From contig OZ024745.1 in the NCBI GenBank assembly GCA_964016885.1, positions 103,416,001 to 103,480,000 on the forward strand: 64,000 bases of DNA, written 5' to 3'. Of this stretch, positions 1-12,715 are shown piece after piece. This DNA is from Eledone cirrhosa (lineage: Eukaryota). Within the stretch, counting starts at the first letter, position 1, and every line of letters begins with the position of its first letter. A program made the position numbers and the translations under genes. Below the pieces are notes generated by a model, which ran no database searches, had not been told where the DNA came from, and worked only from the letters and a program-made list of their open reading frames with translations.

Positions 1-254
1 TATGTTATTATATAAACTCAGTCAACTGTACTTGAAGAGAGTAATTTTATAGAGGTAACTGATTGATTGAAGTGTTTGATTGACATTTGAAGTTGTGGGC
101 ATCTCATCTGTGTGTGAATATGTGTGGAATATATTGTCTTAAGATTTAACATTGTGAATATATAATCTCACTTTGATGTGAAGTTTGTTGATCTAGATTG
201 AGTAAGTCAAGTGACTATATAAGACCTCACTAGTTACATATATATATATATATC

Positions 255-1110
255 ATTCCCCAGATCCCTCTCTTCACTCTTACTCCCAAACCTGCTGCCA
301 CACCTGCAACTTCATCACCAATGCCATTAAGCTCTGTGGGACCAACAACCTATCATTCCAACTCAGGGACTCCTACTGCACTTCCTCCAGCCTTGTGTAT
401 AGGCTTAATTGCATGTGATGCGAGGCCGTCTACATAGGACAAACTGGTCATTGACTAGCAAACAGGTTTGCTGAACATCTCCAAGGCATCCAGCTCAGCA
501 ACCAGTCCCTTCGTATTTCTGCTCTGCTGGACACTCCACCCACCACCTCACTGTTTTGGGATTCGTTGCACATCTGATAAAAGAACAGTAGATTATTTTT
601 TCTCTCCAGATCTGGAGTGGAAATGGCTTTAACTCACCACTCTCAATTTTTAGTCTTTCTTACGATCCACTCTTGCACAAAAACGCGTACTACTACTTCA
701 CCAACAAACCCACACAACTAATTAATTAGTTACATCTATATGACCTGGATACACATTTAATCCCATTAATGGTATTAATTAACTATTCAATTATACTAAC
801 TGACCACTCTTACGTCAACAACTAACCACTACTAATTAGCTAACTCACGATACTACTTTCACCTGATGCTCCTTTACCACCAACACCAACACACTTAAAA
901 ACACACTGCCACCACAGCTCCTATCGCATACCACTTCCATTATTCATGTGCTACACCCAGCCCCCCTCCCCCATCACTTCTTCCTCTGGCCCCTTCCTGA
1001 AATAGCCCAGCTGAACACTTATGCATGATAGACCAGGACATTTATGAAACACCTGTCCCATACACAGACCCACACTCACTAAAATATATACACATGCATG
1101 TACAGGTGTA
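255..1110 (+). mobile_element. Degenerate Penelope-like element 3' fragment (GIY-YIG remnant plus CA-rich 3' region)
   Basis: Hand translation around 290-500 gives TCCHTCNFIT...YCTSSSLVYRLNCM*CEAVYIGQTGH*LANRFAEHL, homologous to the GIY-YIG region at 36737-37050, with in-frame stops. Confidence 0.8.
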
Positions 1111-1112
1111 TT

Positions 1113-1113
1113 T

Positions 1114-1146
<33 letters not shown>

Positions 1147-1248
1147 GTTTAGCATCTATCTTCCATGCTAACATGGGTTTAGATGGGAATTGTCCCACTT
1201 GAGTCAAGATTGGTCGTCTCACTCGTATAGAACTGTCTGGCAGGTTTT
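1113..1248 (-). mobile_element. RTE LINE 3'-terminal fragment with (GAT)n tail
   Basis: (CAT)n followed by cgtttagcatctatcttccatgctaacatggg, similar to RTE 3' ends at 48085 and 59440. Confidence 0.7.
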
Positions 1249-1271
1249 ATATATATATATATATATATATA

Positions 1272-1560
1272 TGGTGGCTGCCAACTCGTTTTCGAGTACG
1301 GCCACTACTTTATATCCATGTAGGAGAACGCCTACCAATGCGCTGACGAGTGTGACTTTTTAGTCCAGCCAGCGACTTGAAAACTCTGGTACAAACACTA
1401 CACTTGTGACAATTATTGACACATAGTGCAGGGCCCATGGTACCATGTGATGACAAGTGCAGAGAGATCTCCAGATATAAAGCAATGCCTGTGCCGTGAA
1501 GCTTTTATAGTGAGCAAAGGCACTGCACAAAGCCAGTCCCACTCTCTTAACCAAGATGAT
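1272..1560 (-). mobile_element. (TA)n-inserted non-autonomous retroposon 'family A', shortest copy
   Basis: Near-identical to 11509-12062 and 31945-32551; same left end (ggtggctgccaactcg), flanked by TA repeats. Confidence 0.7.
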
Positions 1561-1693
1561 ATATATATATATATATATATAAAGAATTAATATATCTACC
1601 GACATATGTATACAGATGCATACCTACGCTAGCAGATATATATGTTTTGTCTTAGTAACTTTGTAGTTCTATGCAGGGGAATGCAGAACAATT

Positions 1694-1815
1694 ATATGAA
1701 AGACGTAAATAAGAAAGTTATGAAAATTGACTTACTTACTAAAATTTCACTCCAACTAATTAGTTTTGGAGTGAAATTTTAGTAAGTCAATTTTCATAAC
1801 TTTCTTATTTACGTC

Positions 1816-1820
<5 letters not shown>
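1694..1820. repeat. About 60-bp-arm palindrome abutting a (TA)n tract
   Basis: tatgaaagacgtaaataagaaagttatg...cactcca, short spacer, then tggagtg...cttatttacgtctttcata. Confidence 0.85.
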
Positions 1821-1868
<48 letters not shown>

Positions 1869-2167
1869 TATATGTGTGTGTGTGTGTACATATATATGTG
1901 CCTGTAGAATACACAGAAACATGTGCATATGGATATACATGTAGTAAGACGCCTCACACCTCTTGATAGAACAACCCTAGTTATCTCCCGCTGGTTGAGA
2001 ACGCGAAAAAAGAAACAGACAGCCACTGGAAAGCCGACTGATCACACGCCAGAAACCAGCCTCTGTACCACACCATTGTTTGTGCTACATCAAAAATAAA
2101 CATATATTTCATCTCTAATTTCTGCTGTTGAAATCATTATTATGTCACTCGTGTCTCAATAACATCT

Positions 2168-2978
<811 letters not shown>

Positions 2979-3416
2979 GAGCTGTAATTCCTGATGGAGG
3001 AATAGAGTGCCATAGTGTTATACAGTGTGTCATGGGCATTTTTTAAACCTGGTGGAACCCAAGTCTGAACATAACTTGTTTCTTTCAGAGAAAGACAGTG
3101 AGTGAGAAAGAGATATAGAGGAAGAATCGACCCCCCTTCCCCAGTATTAGACTGGTACTATTTTATCAACCTCGAATGGATGAAAGATAAAATTCATCTT
3201 GACAGGTATTGAACTCAGAGTGCAGTGAGCTGGAGACAAATACTTCAAATTATATGTATCCAATGTTTGTACAACTCTGCTAATTGTGGAAGATAAAGTC
3301 GATTATATTGACCTGAGTAGTTAACTGGTTCTTTATTTTATTGACCCTGGAAGCATGAAAGGTAAAGTTGACTTCATTGGGATTTAAGATCAGAATGTAG
3401 AAAAATATAACTAAAT

Positions 3417-3608
3417 AATTGTTTCTATTTTTGGCACAAGGCCAGAAATGACCTCAGTGCATTACTGGTACTTTATTTTATTGACCCCGTAAGGATGAAA
3501 GGCAAAGTTAGCCTCGGAGGGATTTTTAACTTAGACTGTAAAGGGCCGTAACTCTATGATGAAAGGCATGGTGTCCGACCCTCTACCAATACTGCCAATC
3601 CAACGCCT
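3417..3608 (-). mobile_element. tRNA-derived SINE family 1 (Meta-domain-like core)
   Basis: Reverse complement of the 40050-40235 type copy; weaker remnants also at about 3140-3240 and 3300-3400. Confidence 0.8.
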
Positions 3609-3719
3609 TGAGTAACTATCTAATATAACAGCTGTCTTGTTTTATTTCATCGCTCAATAGGAACAGAAAGGACAGCAACCATAATTTTTTACTCGGTCTC
3701 CAAAATCGATGAGAGAAAG

Positions 3720-3875
3720 TAGATTTCCTTGTATGTCAGTGGAAACTTCTGGTGTCCTTGGCCCTAGGGCCACTGCCCTGCTCACCACCATCGGCAAAGA
3801 GTTGGCGACCCGCAGGTGTGAGCGTCGTGAGCTGGATTGGCTCTTCCAGTACATCTCCCTCCCCATAGGAAACAT
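3720..3875 (+). mobile_element. Restriction-like-endonuclease LINE (CRE-like) C-terminal fragment
   Basis: FPCMSVETSGVLGPRATALLTTIGKELA...RELDWLFQYISL..GN resembles the conserved FxPxxxETxGxxG...WLFQRxS...GN tail of CRE-clade ORFs. Confidence 0.7.
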
Positions 3876-4281
3876 GGCTATGGGGCAGCCAGTGTGTGGG
3901 TCCCCATTTGCTTATAATAGTGAGAGACAGGGAGAGCAGGAGAGGCAGTGACAGTGGGAGTTTAGTTCTTTTGTGTTCAGATCTGATGTATTTGTATGTT
4001 TTACAGACACACACTCATGTATGATCTAGCCACTAGTAAAAATAACTATACTTATAAAAGACATACATCTGCCTATCATTCTGATTTCAAATTATGTCAG
4101 GGTTAATTTTACCTTTTATTTTATTTAAGGGTCATTAAAATAAGTACCAGTAATAGACGTGAGTCAGTTCAGATGATTATAACACCTCCTCCATATTCTA
4201 TTACCAGCAATAGTGTATTGTAACATTATCAAGATTTCATGTTTGACTGCTATTTAGGTGACTTCATTATTAATGAAAATA

Positions 4282-4860
4282 GCGGTGGATTAGCAGTATC
4301 GGTAGAGAGTCGGACACCATGCTTTGTAGCATAGAGTTACGGGCCTTTATGATCTGAATTCAAATCCCGCCGAGGTTAACTTTTCCTTTCATCCTTACGG
4401 GGGTCGATAAAATAAAGTACCAGTAATGCACTGGGTTAATTGCTGGCCTTGTGTCAAAAGTAGAAACACTTATTGCGGTGGATTGGCAGTATCGGGAAAG
4501 AGTCGGACACCATGCTTTGTAGCATAGAGTTACGGGCCTTTATGATCTGAATTCAAATCCCGCCGAGGTTAACTTTTCCTTTCATCCTTACGGGGGTCGA
4601 TAAAATAAAGTACCAGTAATGCACTGGGTTAATTGCTGGCCTTGTGTCAAAAGTAGAAACACTTATTGCGGTGGATTGGCAGTATCGGGAAAGAGTCGGA
4701 CACCATGCTTTGTAGCATAGAGTTACGGGCCTTTATGATCTGAATTCAAATCCCGCCGAGGTTAACTTTTCCTTTCATCCTTACGGGGTCGATAAAATAA
4801 AGCACCAGTCACGCACTAGGGTCGATTTAATTGCTGGCCTTGTGCCTATATAAGAAATCA
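4282..4860 (+). mobile_element. Head-to-tail trimer of SINE family 1 (193-bp period)
   Basis: gcggtggatt at 4282, 4475 and 4668; B-box-like gaattcaaatccc; core ctttcatccttacggggtcgataaaataaagtaccag; direct repeat tcattattaatgaaaatagc at 4264 and 4858. Confidence 0.9.
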
Positions 4861-5579
4861 TTATTAATGAAAATAGCTGTTGTAAGGGTAGAGTAAATAG
4901 AGCATAAAGGAAACAGCATAGAGAGTTGTTGTTACTCTCTTTCTTTGTACAAAAGGCAAATTGCATGAGCATATATAAAAAAGATATGGGGTTGTGTGAC
5001 AGTGTGACATGGATATTGGATATGAATAGTTTGTAGATGCTAGAGAAGAATAAACTTGGTTTAAAGGAAACCATTTGAGCTAAACAGGATCTTTCAGTGC
5101 ATCTCCCTAGCTATCTTTTGAAGTTATGCATTTGGTATTCTGTTAACCAGGACCATGAAACCACATCTATTTGATGTTTTGCAAAGAATATGAGAGTCTA
5201 TTAGATTAAAAATATATTTAGCAGAATATTTCTTAGTCTCAAATTATGTCACTAGTTACACAAGTGCAACCTTTAAATAGCACTGTTGGATATGCATCAT
5301 TAATTTACATGATGTTTTGTGCTTACAAAACACCAGTAAAATACCATTATAGTGTATGTTATGAATAATTAAATATACAGGCTCATACTCATATGCCTCT
5401 CTGAAAAATTAGGTCATATGATAGCCTTTATTGTATCTTGAGAATTGAACTTGCTGGTTACGTTATTGTTTGAAAATTCATCAAGATTCACACACCACTC
5501 CCAAACTGATGATGATAGTAGTTGAAGGTTACTTATTAAAATGTAAACAAAACTTATTGCTAACACAAACTCATTTGAA

Positions 5580-5768
5580 TAATTGTTTCTACTTTTGGCA
5601 CAAGGCCATCAATTATCCAGTACATTACTGGTACTTTATTTTATCGACCCCGTAAGGATGAAAGGCAAAGTTAACCTCGGCGGGATTTGAACTCAGACCG
5701 TAAAGGGACGTAACTATGCTGGAAAGCATGGTGTCCGACTCTCTACCGATACTGCCAATCCCCCAATG
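5580..5768 (-). mobile_element. SINE family 1 copy
   Basis: Reverse complement of the family consensus. Confidence 0.85.
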
Positions 5769-5824
5769 CTACAAAACTAGTGACTTGACAGTTATTATTA
5801 CTATCACTGTACCAATATAGTAGA

Positions 5825-6290
5825 GGCAGTGAATTAGCAGAATTGTTAGAACATCAGATGGAATGCATTGTGGTATTCATTCCAGTTCTTTGTACTCTGA
5901 GTACAAATCCTGCTAAAGTCAACTTTGCCTTTCATCCTTTGATGATTGATAAAAAAACTATAAGTCCAATAGTGGAGTTGATTCTTCTTCTATATCTCTT
6001 TCTCATCTCCTTTTTATCACTCTTTTTCTCTGTAAGAAATCAGACACGTTTTGACCTGAAGTCAACTTTCATGGTCAATTAAAAAAGTATGAGTCAAGTA
6101 CTGGAGTTGATTCTTCCTCTATATCTCTTTCTCATCTCCTTTCTCTCTCTCTCTCTCTCTCTCTTCATGGTCAATTAAAAAAGTATGAGTCAAGTACTGG
6201 AGTTGATTCTTCCTCTATATCTCTTTCTCATCTCCTCTCTCTCTCTCTCTCTCCCTCCCTCTCTCTCTCTCTCTCTCTCTCTGGAAGACA
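5825..6290 (+). repeat. Degenerate SINE family 1 remnant with local tandem re-duplication and (CT)n
   Basis: tggagttgattcttc...tatatctctttctcatctcc occurs three times (about 5973, 6102, 6198). Confidence 0.6.
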
Positions 6291-6838
6291 TGTTTCGACC
6301 TGGAAAGATGAGTTCCACCAGGTTTTAAAATTGTCCAAGAAATGCCATATATGGTACTCCTCTGACTCCATTAGGATTTATAACTACATACACATACATA
6401 CAAACCAATACAGTGCCAGTTATCCACAAATATGTATATTCAGACCACATATCCATATGTATTTAGCCTTAGTGTCAAAGAGGTAAGTGAATCCTGATAA
6501 ATTATTAAATAAGAATGAAACCAAGCAGTCCAATTCTGCTGTTGGTGATGATGATGATTGTCTTCAGCAGTATCATCATCATCATAATCATCATAATCAT
6601 CATCATCTGTCCACTTTCTATGCTGGCAAGGGGTTAGATGGGTCATCACAATCAAAGTCAGTCCTTATTCGAAATTACTACCATCAGAGATCCACATCTC
6701 ATTTGTGCCTTCCATATTTTGGCATGGTTTCTAAAGCTGGATGCCCTTCCGAACACACACCACTTTTAAGAGTGTACTGGGTACATTTTACTTTTCAAAA
6801 TGTATGCCAAAGTGAGATTAAATAAATACAAATTCAAC

Positions 6839-7056
6839 TTAACCCTTTAGAATTTACATTACTCTATATATACTAATATATTTTCATGGTAAAGGCTTTA
6901 TCTTACATATAATATCAAATCTATGAGATTTTTATATTATTTATTTTGAGAACACTACCATAATATCAGTATGAGTGGCCAGTTACAACCGGTTTGAGCA
7001 GGAAAAGGTGAGAGAGTTCTGGCTGGATGCAGCCGGTTTAAATGCTAAAGGATTAA
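6839..7056. mobile_element. piggyBac-like MITE (TTAA target)
   Basis: TTAA-ccctttagaattta ... taaatgctaaagga-TTAA; same family at 7757-7980 and 49209-49434. Confidence 0.75.
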
Positions 7057-7756
7057 AGGTATTATCAGGTGATGTGTGATATGAACATGATGGATGACAC
7101 CTGCTGGTTGAAAAACCTACATGTGTTATCAGTGGATAGTAAATCTGTTAAAGAAAAATAGATCAAATTTTTGAAGCTGATAAAATACAAACTCCCCTTT
7201 TTTATTTTTCTATGAAATATGTAATAGACAACATATATAAAACATGTCAACCATTTCAATAAACTGACATTTATTTTCTACTTACATTTAAGTGGAATAT
7301 CAATGCCGTTATTTATTATATTATAAACAATATTTATGCTGCATTTATATAAACTTCTCACATTTTTGTGTTCCATAATGTTATGATCCATTGTTCTGGA
7401 AAGTCAGAAAAAATGTATTTGAAATGTTCAGCTAAATCGAGCTTTTTTTTCCTGGGGATGATACAAATAGTTTTAAAATATCTGTAAAACTAACCTATAA
7501 AGAATAATATTTATTTCATTTTTTTTTTTTTTCAATTTATTTGGAATTATTTTTTTTTTTTAGTAAATGCTATCGAAAAAGTTCAATTTATGATGGGGTT
7601 AATGAGTTCTCTTCACAACCACATCCTTTTGGGAATCTTCTAATATAGTCTCAGATCAATCAATGCTTGATGAATGAAACATGCATACATACATTCTGTG
7701 TATAATGCATATATCCATACTGCTTTAGAAACATGTGTAAGGTATTAAAAATGCTT

Positions 7757-7980
7757 TAAGCCTTTAGCATTTACATTACTCTATATATACTATTGTATTT
7801 TCATGGTAAAGCCTTTCTTACATAATTATCTCACATAATATTGAGTCTATGAGATTTTGATATTATTCATTTTGAGAACACTACCTTAACATAAGTAAGA
7901 GTGACCAGTTATGGCCAGTTTGAACAGAAGAGGTGAGAGAATTCTGGCCAGATATGGCTGGTTTGAATGCTAAAGGGATA
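7757..7980. mobile_element. piggyBac-like MITE copy
   Basis: ttaagcctttagcatttac ... gaatgctaaagggataa; internal similarity to 6839-7056. Confidence 0.7.
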
Positions 7981-8067
7981 AAACTAAATTTTCCATCCAT
8001 ATTTTTGATTATGTGTGTGTGTGTATTTACGTTCGCTGTTTATGTCCTATAATTTTGTGTTTCAGTA

Positions 8068-8407
8068 GAGGCACATGGCTTAGTGGTTAGAGCATTGGCC
8101 TTGCAATCGAAAGGTTGTGAGTATATTCTCAGACTGGGTGATGTGTTGTTTCCTTGAGCAAGATACTTTATTTCACATTGCTCCAGTTTACTCAGCTGTA
8201 GAAATGAGATGATAGGGATTGGGGTCCATATCATTCCACTGCAAAGTGGTTGTGGAGGTGCCACGGCAAAAAAGCACCCAGCACTCACTGTAAATGAGGT
8301 TGGTGTTAGGAAGGGCATACAGCTGTAGAAATCAAGCCAGAATCAGTTCTCGTCCCACCCTTGCAAGCAGGGAAAAGCGGACGTAAAATGATGATGATGA
8401 TGATGAT
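8068..8407 (+). mobile_element. tRNA-derived SINE family 2 with RTE-derived 3' tail
   Basis: A-box tggcttagtggttagagc; tail cccacccttgcaagcagggaaaagcggacgtaaaa(tga)n matches the RTE 3' end at 61890-61955. Confidence 0.9.
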
Positions 8408-9269
8408 AGATCGTTGAAATAAGCTTTTGACTTGAAAAATAAGTACTGGGGCCGATAAGATCATCAAGATCCCCTAGCATGGCCCATGTCTAATGACTGA
8501 AAACAGTAAAAGAATAAATGTTTTTATGTGTTCAGACCAATTATTTATATATTTTTAATGACCATATTTCTAATGAAATACACTTTAATTAAGAATTTTG
8601 AGGGATTTACCAAAATTATTAGTTATTTCATTTCAAAGATAGTAACTTAACATATGATTCTTATATAAAATTATTTTGGAAGATTTTAATTAAAATAGAA
8701 TCCATTTAAATGGGTGGTTTCTTTCAAAGAAGCAGAGGAAATTTTGGCCAATTCCATATCAAAGAGGTTAATAAATTGATTAAAACATCAGGCAACTATG
8801 ACTAATCATCCTCATACTATATTTTTATTATTAGTAAGTTAATTAATGAAAATTGGATGTTTTTATAAAGATTTCTGAATGAAGAATATTTTAGTGCATA
8901 ACATTTTTGTACTCATATTTATGAATAAACAACATCTGCTGAATGAGTTAGCTGAAAATATAAAACATTCATTCAGTTATTCTGGTGGACAATCGATAGA
9001 CTAGTTTCAAAAAGCTGAATGAAACCTACTTATATTTATATATTGATTCATTATGTAAATTATGTTACCACAAAGGTATGCCGCTTTCATTGGTGATATG
9101 TGTAAAGTGTATTTTTTTCTGTAATGTGTGTTTCTGTGTGTTTGTTAGTGTGATATAGATCAGTATTTTTATAAATAAATGTAAATTTGAGGAGAAATGA
9201 AATAAAAAAAATATTGAATAAGCCATTTTTGGGAAGCATGTGTGTGTGAGTAATTGTTTATTTTGCTTG

Positions 9270-9704
9270 ATATCATCATCATCATTATCATCATTTTTAC
9301 ATCTGCTTTTCCCTGCTTGCAAGGGTGGGGCGGGTCCTATTCAGCACAGCATCTCTCCACTTGTCACGGTCCTTCATCATCTCCTCCGGGAGCTTCAGCG
9401 ATCTGAGGTCTGCTCTCACCACCTCTGCTCATGTTTTTCGTGATCTTCCTTCTACTGGGATTTCTTGGCATTTCTTTACTTAGCGGTCATCCTCCATGTG
9501 TATCACATGCCCATACTATCGCAGTCGTCTCTCCCGCACACTACAACTTATCCCTCTATACACAGTTTCTCTCTCAACTCATCCCTGCTTGGTCGCTCAT
9601 GCACATTGACATTACACATCCAACGGAGCATGCTTGCTTCATTTCTATCCAGCCGTCGCATATCCTCTGCAGTTGCAGCCCATGTCTCTCTACCATGCAG
9701 CATC

Positions 9705-9706
<2 letters not shown>
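9270..9706 (-). mobile_element. RTE LINE 3' fragment (family A), internally deleted
   Basis: MLHGRETWAATAEDMRRLDRNEASMLRWMC matches the 61918-63999 ORF; ends at a TA tract. Confidence 0.9.
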
Positions 9707-9734
<28 letters not shown>

Positions 9735-9737
<3 letters not shown>

Positions 9738-9895
9738 ATCCTTCCTTGTTTGGGACTCTTTCTGCTGCACCTCCTCCAGCCTTTTCTATGAGCTCCGTTG
9801 CACACTATGCAGAGCTGTCTACATAGAACAGACTGGGCATCAACTGCCAGATTCACTGAGCACCTCCAGGACATCCAGCTCAGATGTTCTTCACA
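9735..9895 (+). mobile_element. PLE GIY-YIG remnant
   Basis: CTSSSLFYELRCTLCRAVYIEQTGHQLP.RFTEHLQDI-like translation. Confidence 0.65.
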
Positions 9896-10128
9896 CTTAT
9901 AATTTTATATATATATATTCCAAGTCCACACTGTAAAGTGGTCGTTTTGGTGCCATGACAAAAATCACCCAGCCCACACTGTATTTGGATTTTACCTTCA
10001 ATTCCAATGGTTCCAGGTTAGTTATATATATATGTATATGTATAGTAATAATAATAAAATTGAAGACTAAAATCCAAAGAGGGCTCGATAAGTAAAATAT
10101 ATATTAAATATATAAGAACTGTAGAGCA

Positions 10129-11489
10129 AATATTTATTAAAATAACAGATTAAAGTTTAAGCAAAGAATCGCTGCTTTCACCCTTAACGGGATCTTCTGA
10201 AACTAACAAAGTCAATCTGTAAACGCAGAACTGGATATTTCAAAAAACGTTGCAACCGGAGGAAGGCAGGAAGACGATACTTTGGTTCGTGGTAACGTTC
10301 GCTGGCAAAGAACGGGAAAAAACGAATAATACGTCATTAATAGGAGCGGTGAAAAACAATTACGCGCAAAGACAAAACCACGTTTATGGTATAAAAGAGG
10401 TCGTAGACTAATGTTCTCTTAGGTGGTGCATAGAGACGTTCTCTGGCAATGAACGAAAAAACGAAGATAATAAGTCATATGTGGAGCGTGGAGAACAATA
10501 GCACGCAAAGACAAAACCACGTAAATGGTATAGCAGAAATCGTAGACTAAAATTCTAACTAGGAGACCAAATGAATCTCCGCTACAGAGTTAAGAACAAA
10601 GTAAATAAATTTTTGATATAAATATTTGACTGATATAGCGTATAATTTTTACATATTCTGGTATTTAGGGTTTGGCTATGTGTATACGGGAGTTTTGCGT
10701 CCGCGTGAGTGTGCAGGTTATAACGTATGGTGGGTGTGTGTATATGTGTACTTCTTGTTTTAGTTGACTTACGTCTCCGAACATTCGTGTATTTATATGT
10801 AGGTATGCATGTGCGCTTGTTATATACGTATTTATTTACTTATATACGTTTATATAATTATTTATTTATTTGTACACAAGCATACACACACACACATATT
10901 TATATGTGCGTGGTTTTGTATACCCATGGTAAGGTTTTGCGTATGCTTGTGTATGTACGTATCTGTTTGCGTGTATGTATTTATTTGTTTCTATTACTTC
11001 TGTATTGTATTTATTTACTTTGTTCTTAACTCTGTAGCGGAGATTCATTTGGTCTCCTAGTTAGAATTTTAGTCTACGATTTCTGCTATACCATTTACGT
11101 GGTTTTGTCTTTGCGTGCTATTGTTCTCCACGCTCCACATATGACTTATTATCTTCGTTTTTTCGTTCATTGCCAGAGAACGTCTCTATGCACCACCTAA
11201 GAGAACATTAGTCTACGACCTCTTTTATACCATAAACGTGGTTTTGTCTTTGCGCGTAATTGTTTTTCACCGCTCCTATTAATGACGTATTATTCGTTTT
11301 TTCCCGTTCTTTGCCAGCGAACGTTACCACGAACCAAAGTATCGTCTTCCTGCCTCCCTCCGGTTGCAACGTTTTTTGAAATATCCAGTTCTGCGTTTAC
11401 AGATTAACTTTGTTAGTTTCAGAAGATCCCGTTAAGGGTGAAAGCAGCGATTCTTTGCTTAAACTTTAATCTGTTATTTTAATAAATAT
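10129..11489. repeat. Large inverted repeat (about 480-bp arms, about 400-bp spacer); probable PLE-derived terminal structure
   Basis: 10129-10610 is the reverse complement of 11009-11489 with only about 2 differences seen; variant HHR-like motif cagaagatcccgttaagggtgaaag near the outer ends. Confidence 0.9.
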
Positions 11490-11508
11490 GTATATGTATA
11501 TATATATA

Positions 11509-12062
11509 TGGTGGCTGCCAACTCGTTTTCGAGTATGGCCACTACTTCATATCCATGTAGGAGAACCCCTACTGATGCGCTGAACGAGTGTGACTTTTTA
11601 GTCCAGCCAGCGACTTAAAAACTCTGGTACAAACACTACACTTGTGACAATTATTGACACATAGTGCCAGGCCCATGGTACCATGTGACGACAAGTGCAG
11701 AGAGATCTCCAGATATAAAGCAATGCCTGAGCCGTGAAGCTTTTATAGTGAGCAAAGGCACTGCACAAAGCCAGTCCCACTCTCTTAACCAAGATGATAT
11801 TTACCAAAAAGAAGAACAAGTCAACATCATTGGATACCATCAGGTTGCAGGTGTTATATCAGAGTTTTCCTTCTCCTAGAATTCTGCCTTGACAAAGGCT
11901 AAGGGGTCATCTCTCCTGGTGATTTTGGATGGCCATTGACTCTTAAGAGCTCCTTTGCCCTTTGACAGGTTTTGTTTTTAGTCCTGCAGGATGTCCAAAG
12001 TCACCCTCCTCACCAAGAAACCTTGGTGGGGTTGCCAGTTTAGTCGCCAATGACCCAACCCG
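11509..12062 (-). mobile_element. 'Family A' (TA)n-inserted retroposon copy
   Basis: Matches 31945-32551 and 1272-1560. Confidence 0.75.
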
Positions 12063-12077
12063 ATATATATATATATA

Positions 12078-12715
12078 TAAGTATGTATACGTACATATAT
12101 ATATATATGTATACAGACGTACAGTAGTATGTATATACATACATACATGCACACATACATATATGTACGTATGGGTGTACCAAACATTTATTATAGTGTT
12201 CGGTTTGTTTGTAAACAAACAGCCTGAATTAAGCCGTACAGTGTGCGACAACCATCGTTGCCCTTCTGTTCAACAATGACAAAGGAACGATGAACTAGTT
12301 TCTAGCTTATTAGCTGTCATCAGCACCGTATACCTTCCTGTCAGTTGATTGAACGTTTGAAAGTATATACTTTCCTTATGCATATTAACGGCTGAGCAGC
12401 CTAATTTGCATATCAAGTGAGTTAGTCGGCCGGACGTACCGAAAACGATAAATGGAAAAAATGAAATTTCATTTCTCACTTTTAGTATGGCTGATACTTA
12501 AATATAAGTATGTATACGTACATACATATATGTATACAGACGTACAGTAGCATGTATATACATATATACATGCACACATATATATATGTATGTATGGATT
12601 TTCCGAACATTTATTATAATGTTCGGTTTGTTTGTAAACAAACAGCCCGAATTAAGCCGTACAGTGTTCGGCAACCATCATTGCCCTTTTGTTCAACACT
12701 GACAAAGGAACTGAC
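12078..12715 (-). mobile_element. HHR-bearing 420-430-bp tandem element, about 1.5 units
   Basis: aagtatgtatacgtacata recurs at about 12079 and 12506; reverse complement of the 14670-15575 family. Confidence 0.85.
12287..12329 (-). ncRNA. Type I hammerhead ribozyme (family F1)
   Basis: Minus strand: acggtg CTGATGA c-agct-aata-agct-a GAAA ctag TT catcgt; stem I pairs and stem III ACTAGT is palindromic. Confidence 0.8.

Noticed and set aside
1343-1390. ctgacga...gaaa hammerhead-like boxes in family A (+ strand)
   Set aside because: Stems I and III do not close properly, the boxes are disrupted in the 11580 copy, and truncation polarity suggests the element runs on the minus strand.
7065-7160. 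Possible minus-strand host exon after tttttctttaacag
   Set aside because: No convincing donor, no recognisable peptide and no partner exons.
8068-8140. tRNA gene
   Set aside because: tRNA-like head continues into a SINE body and RTE tail and is multi-copy; treated as SINE.
8990-9015. gaaactagtc (minus strand) HHR 3' half
   Set aside because: No CTGANGA box or stem I partner found.
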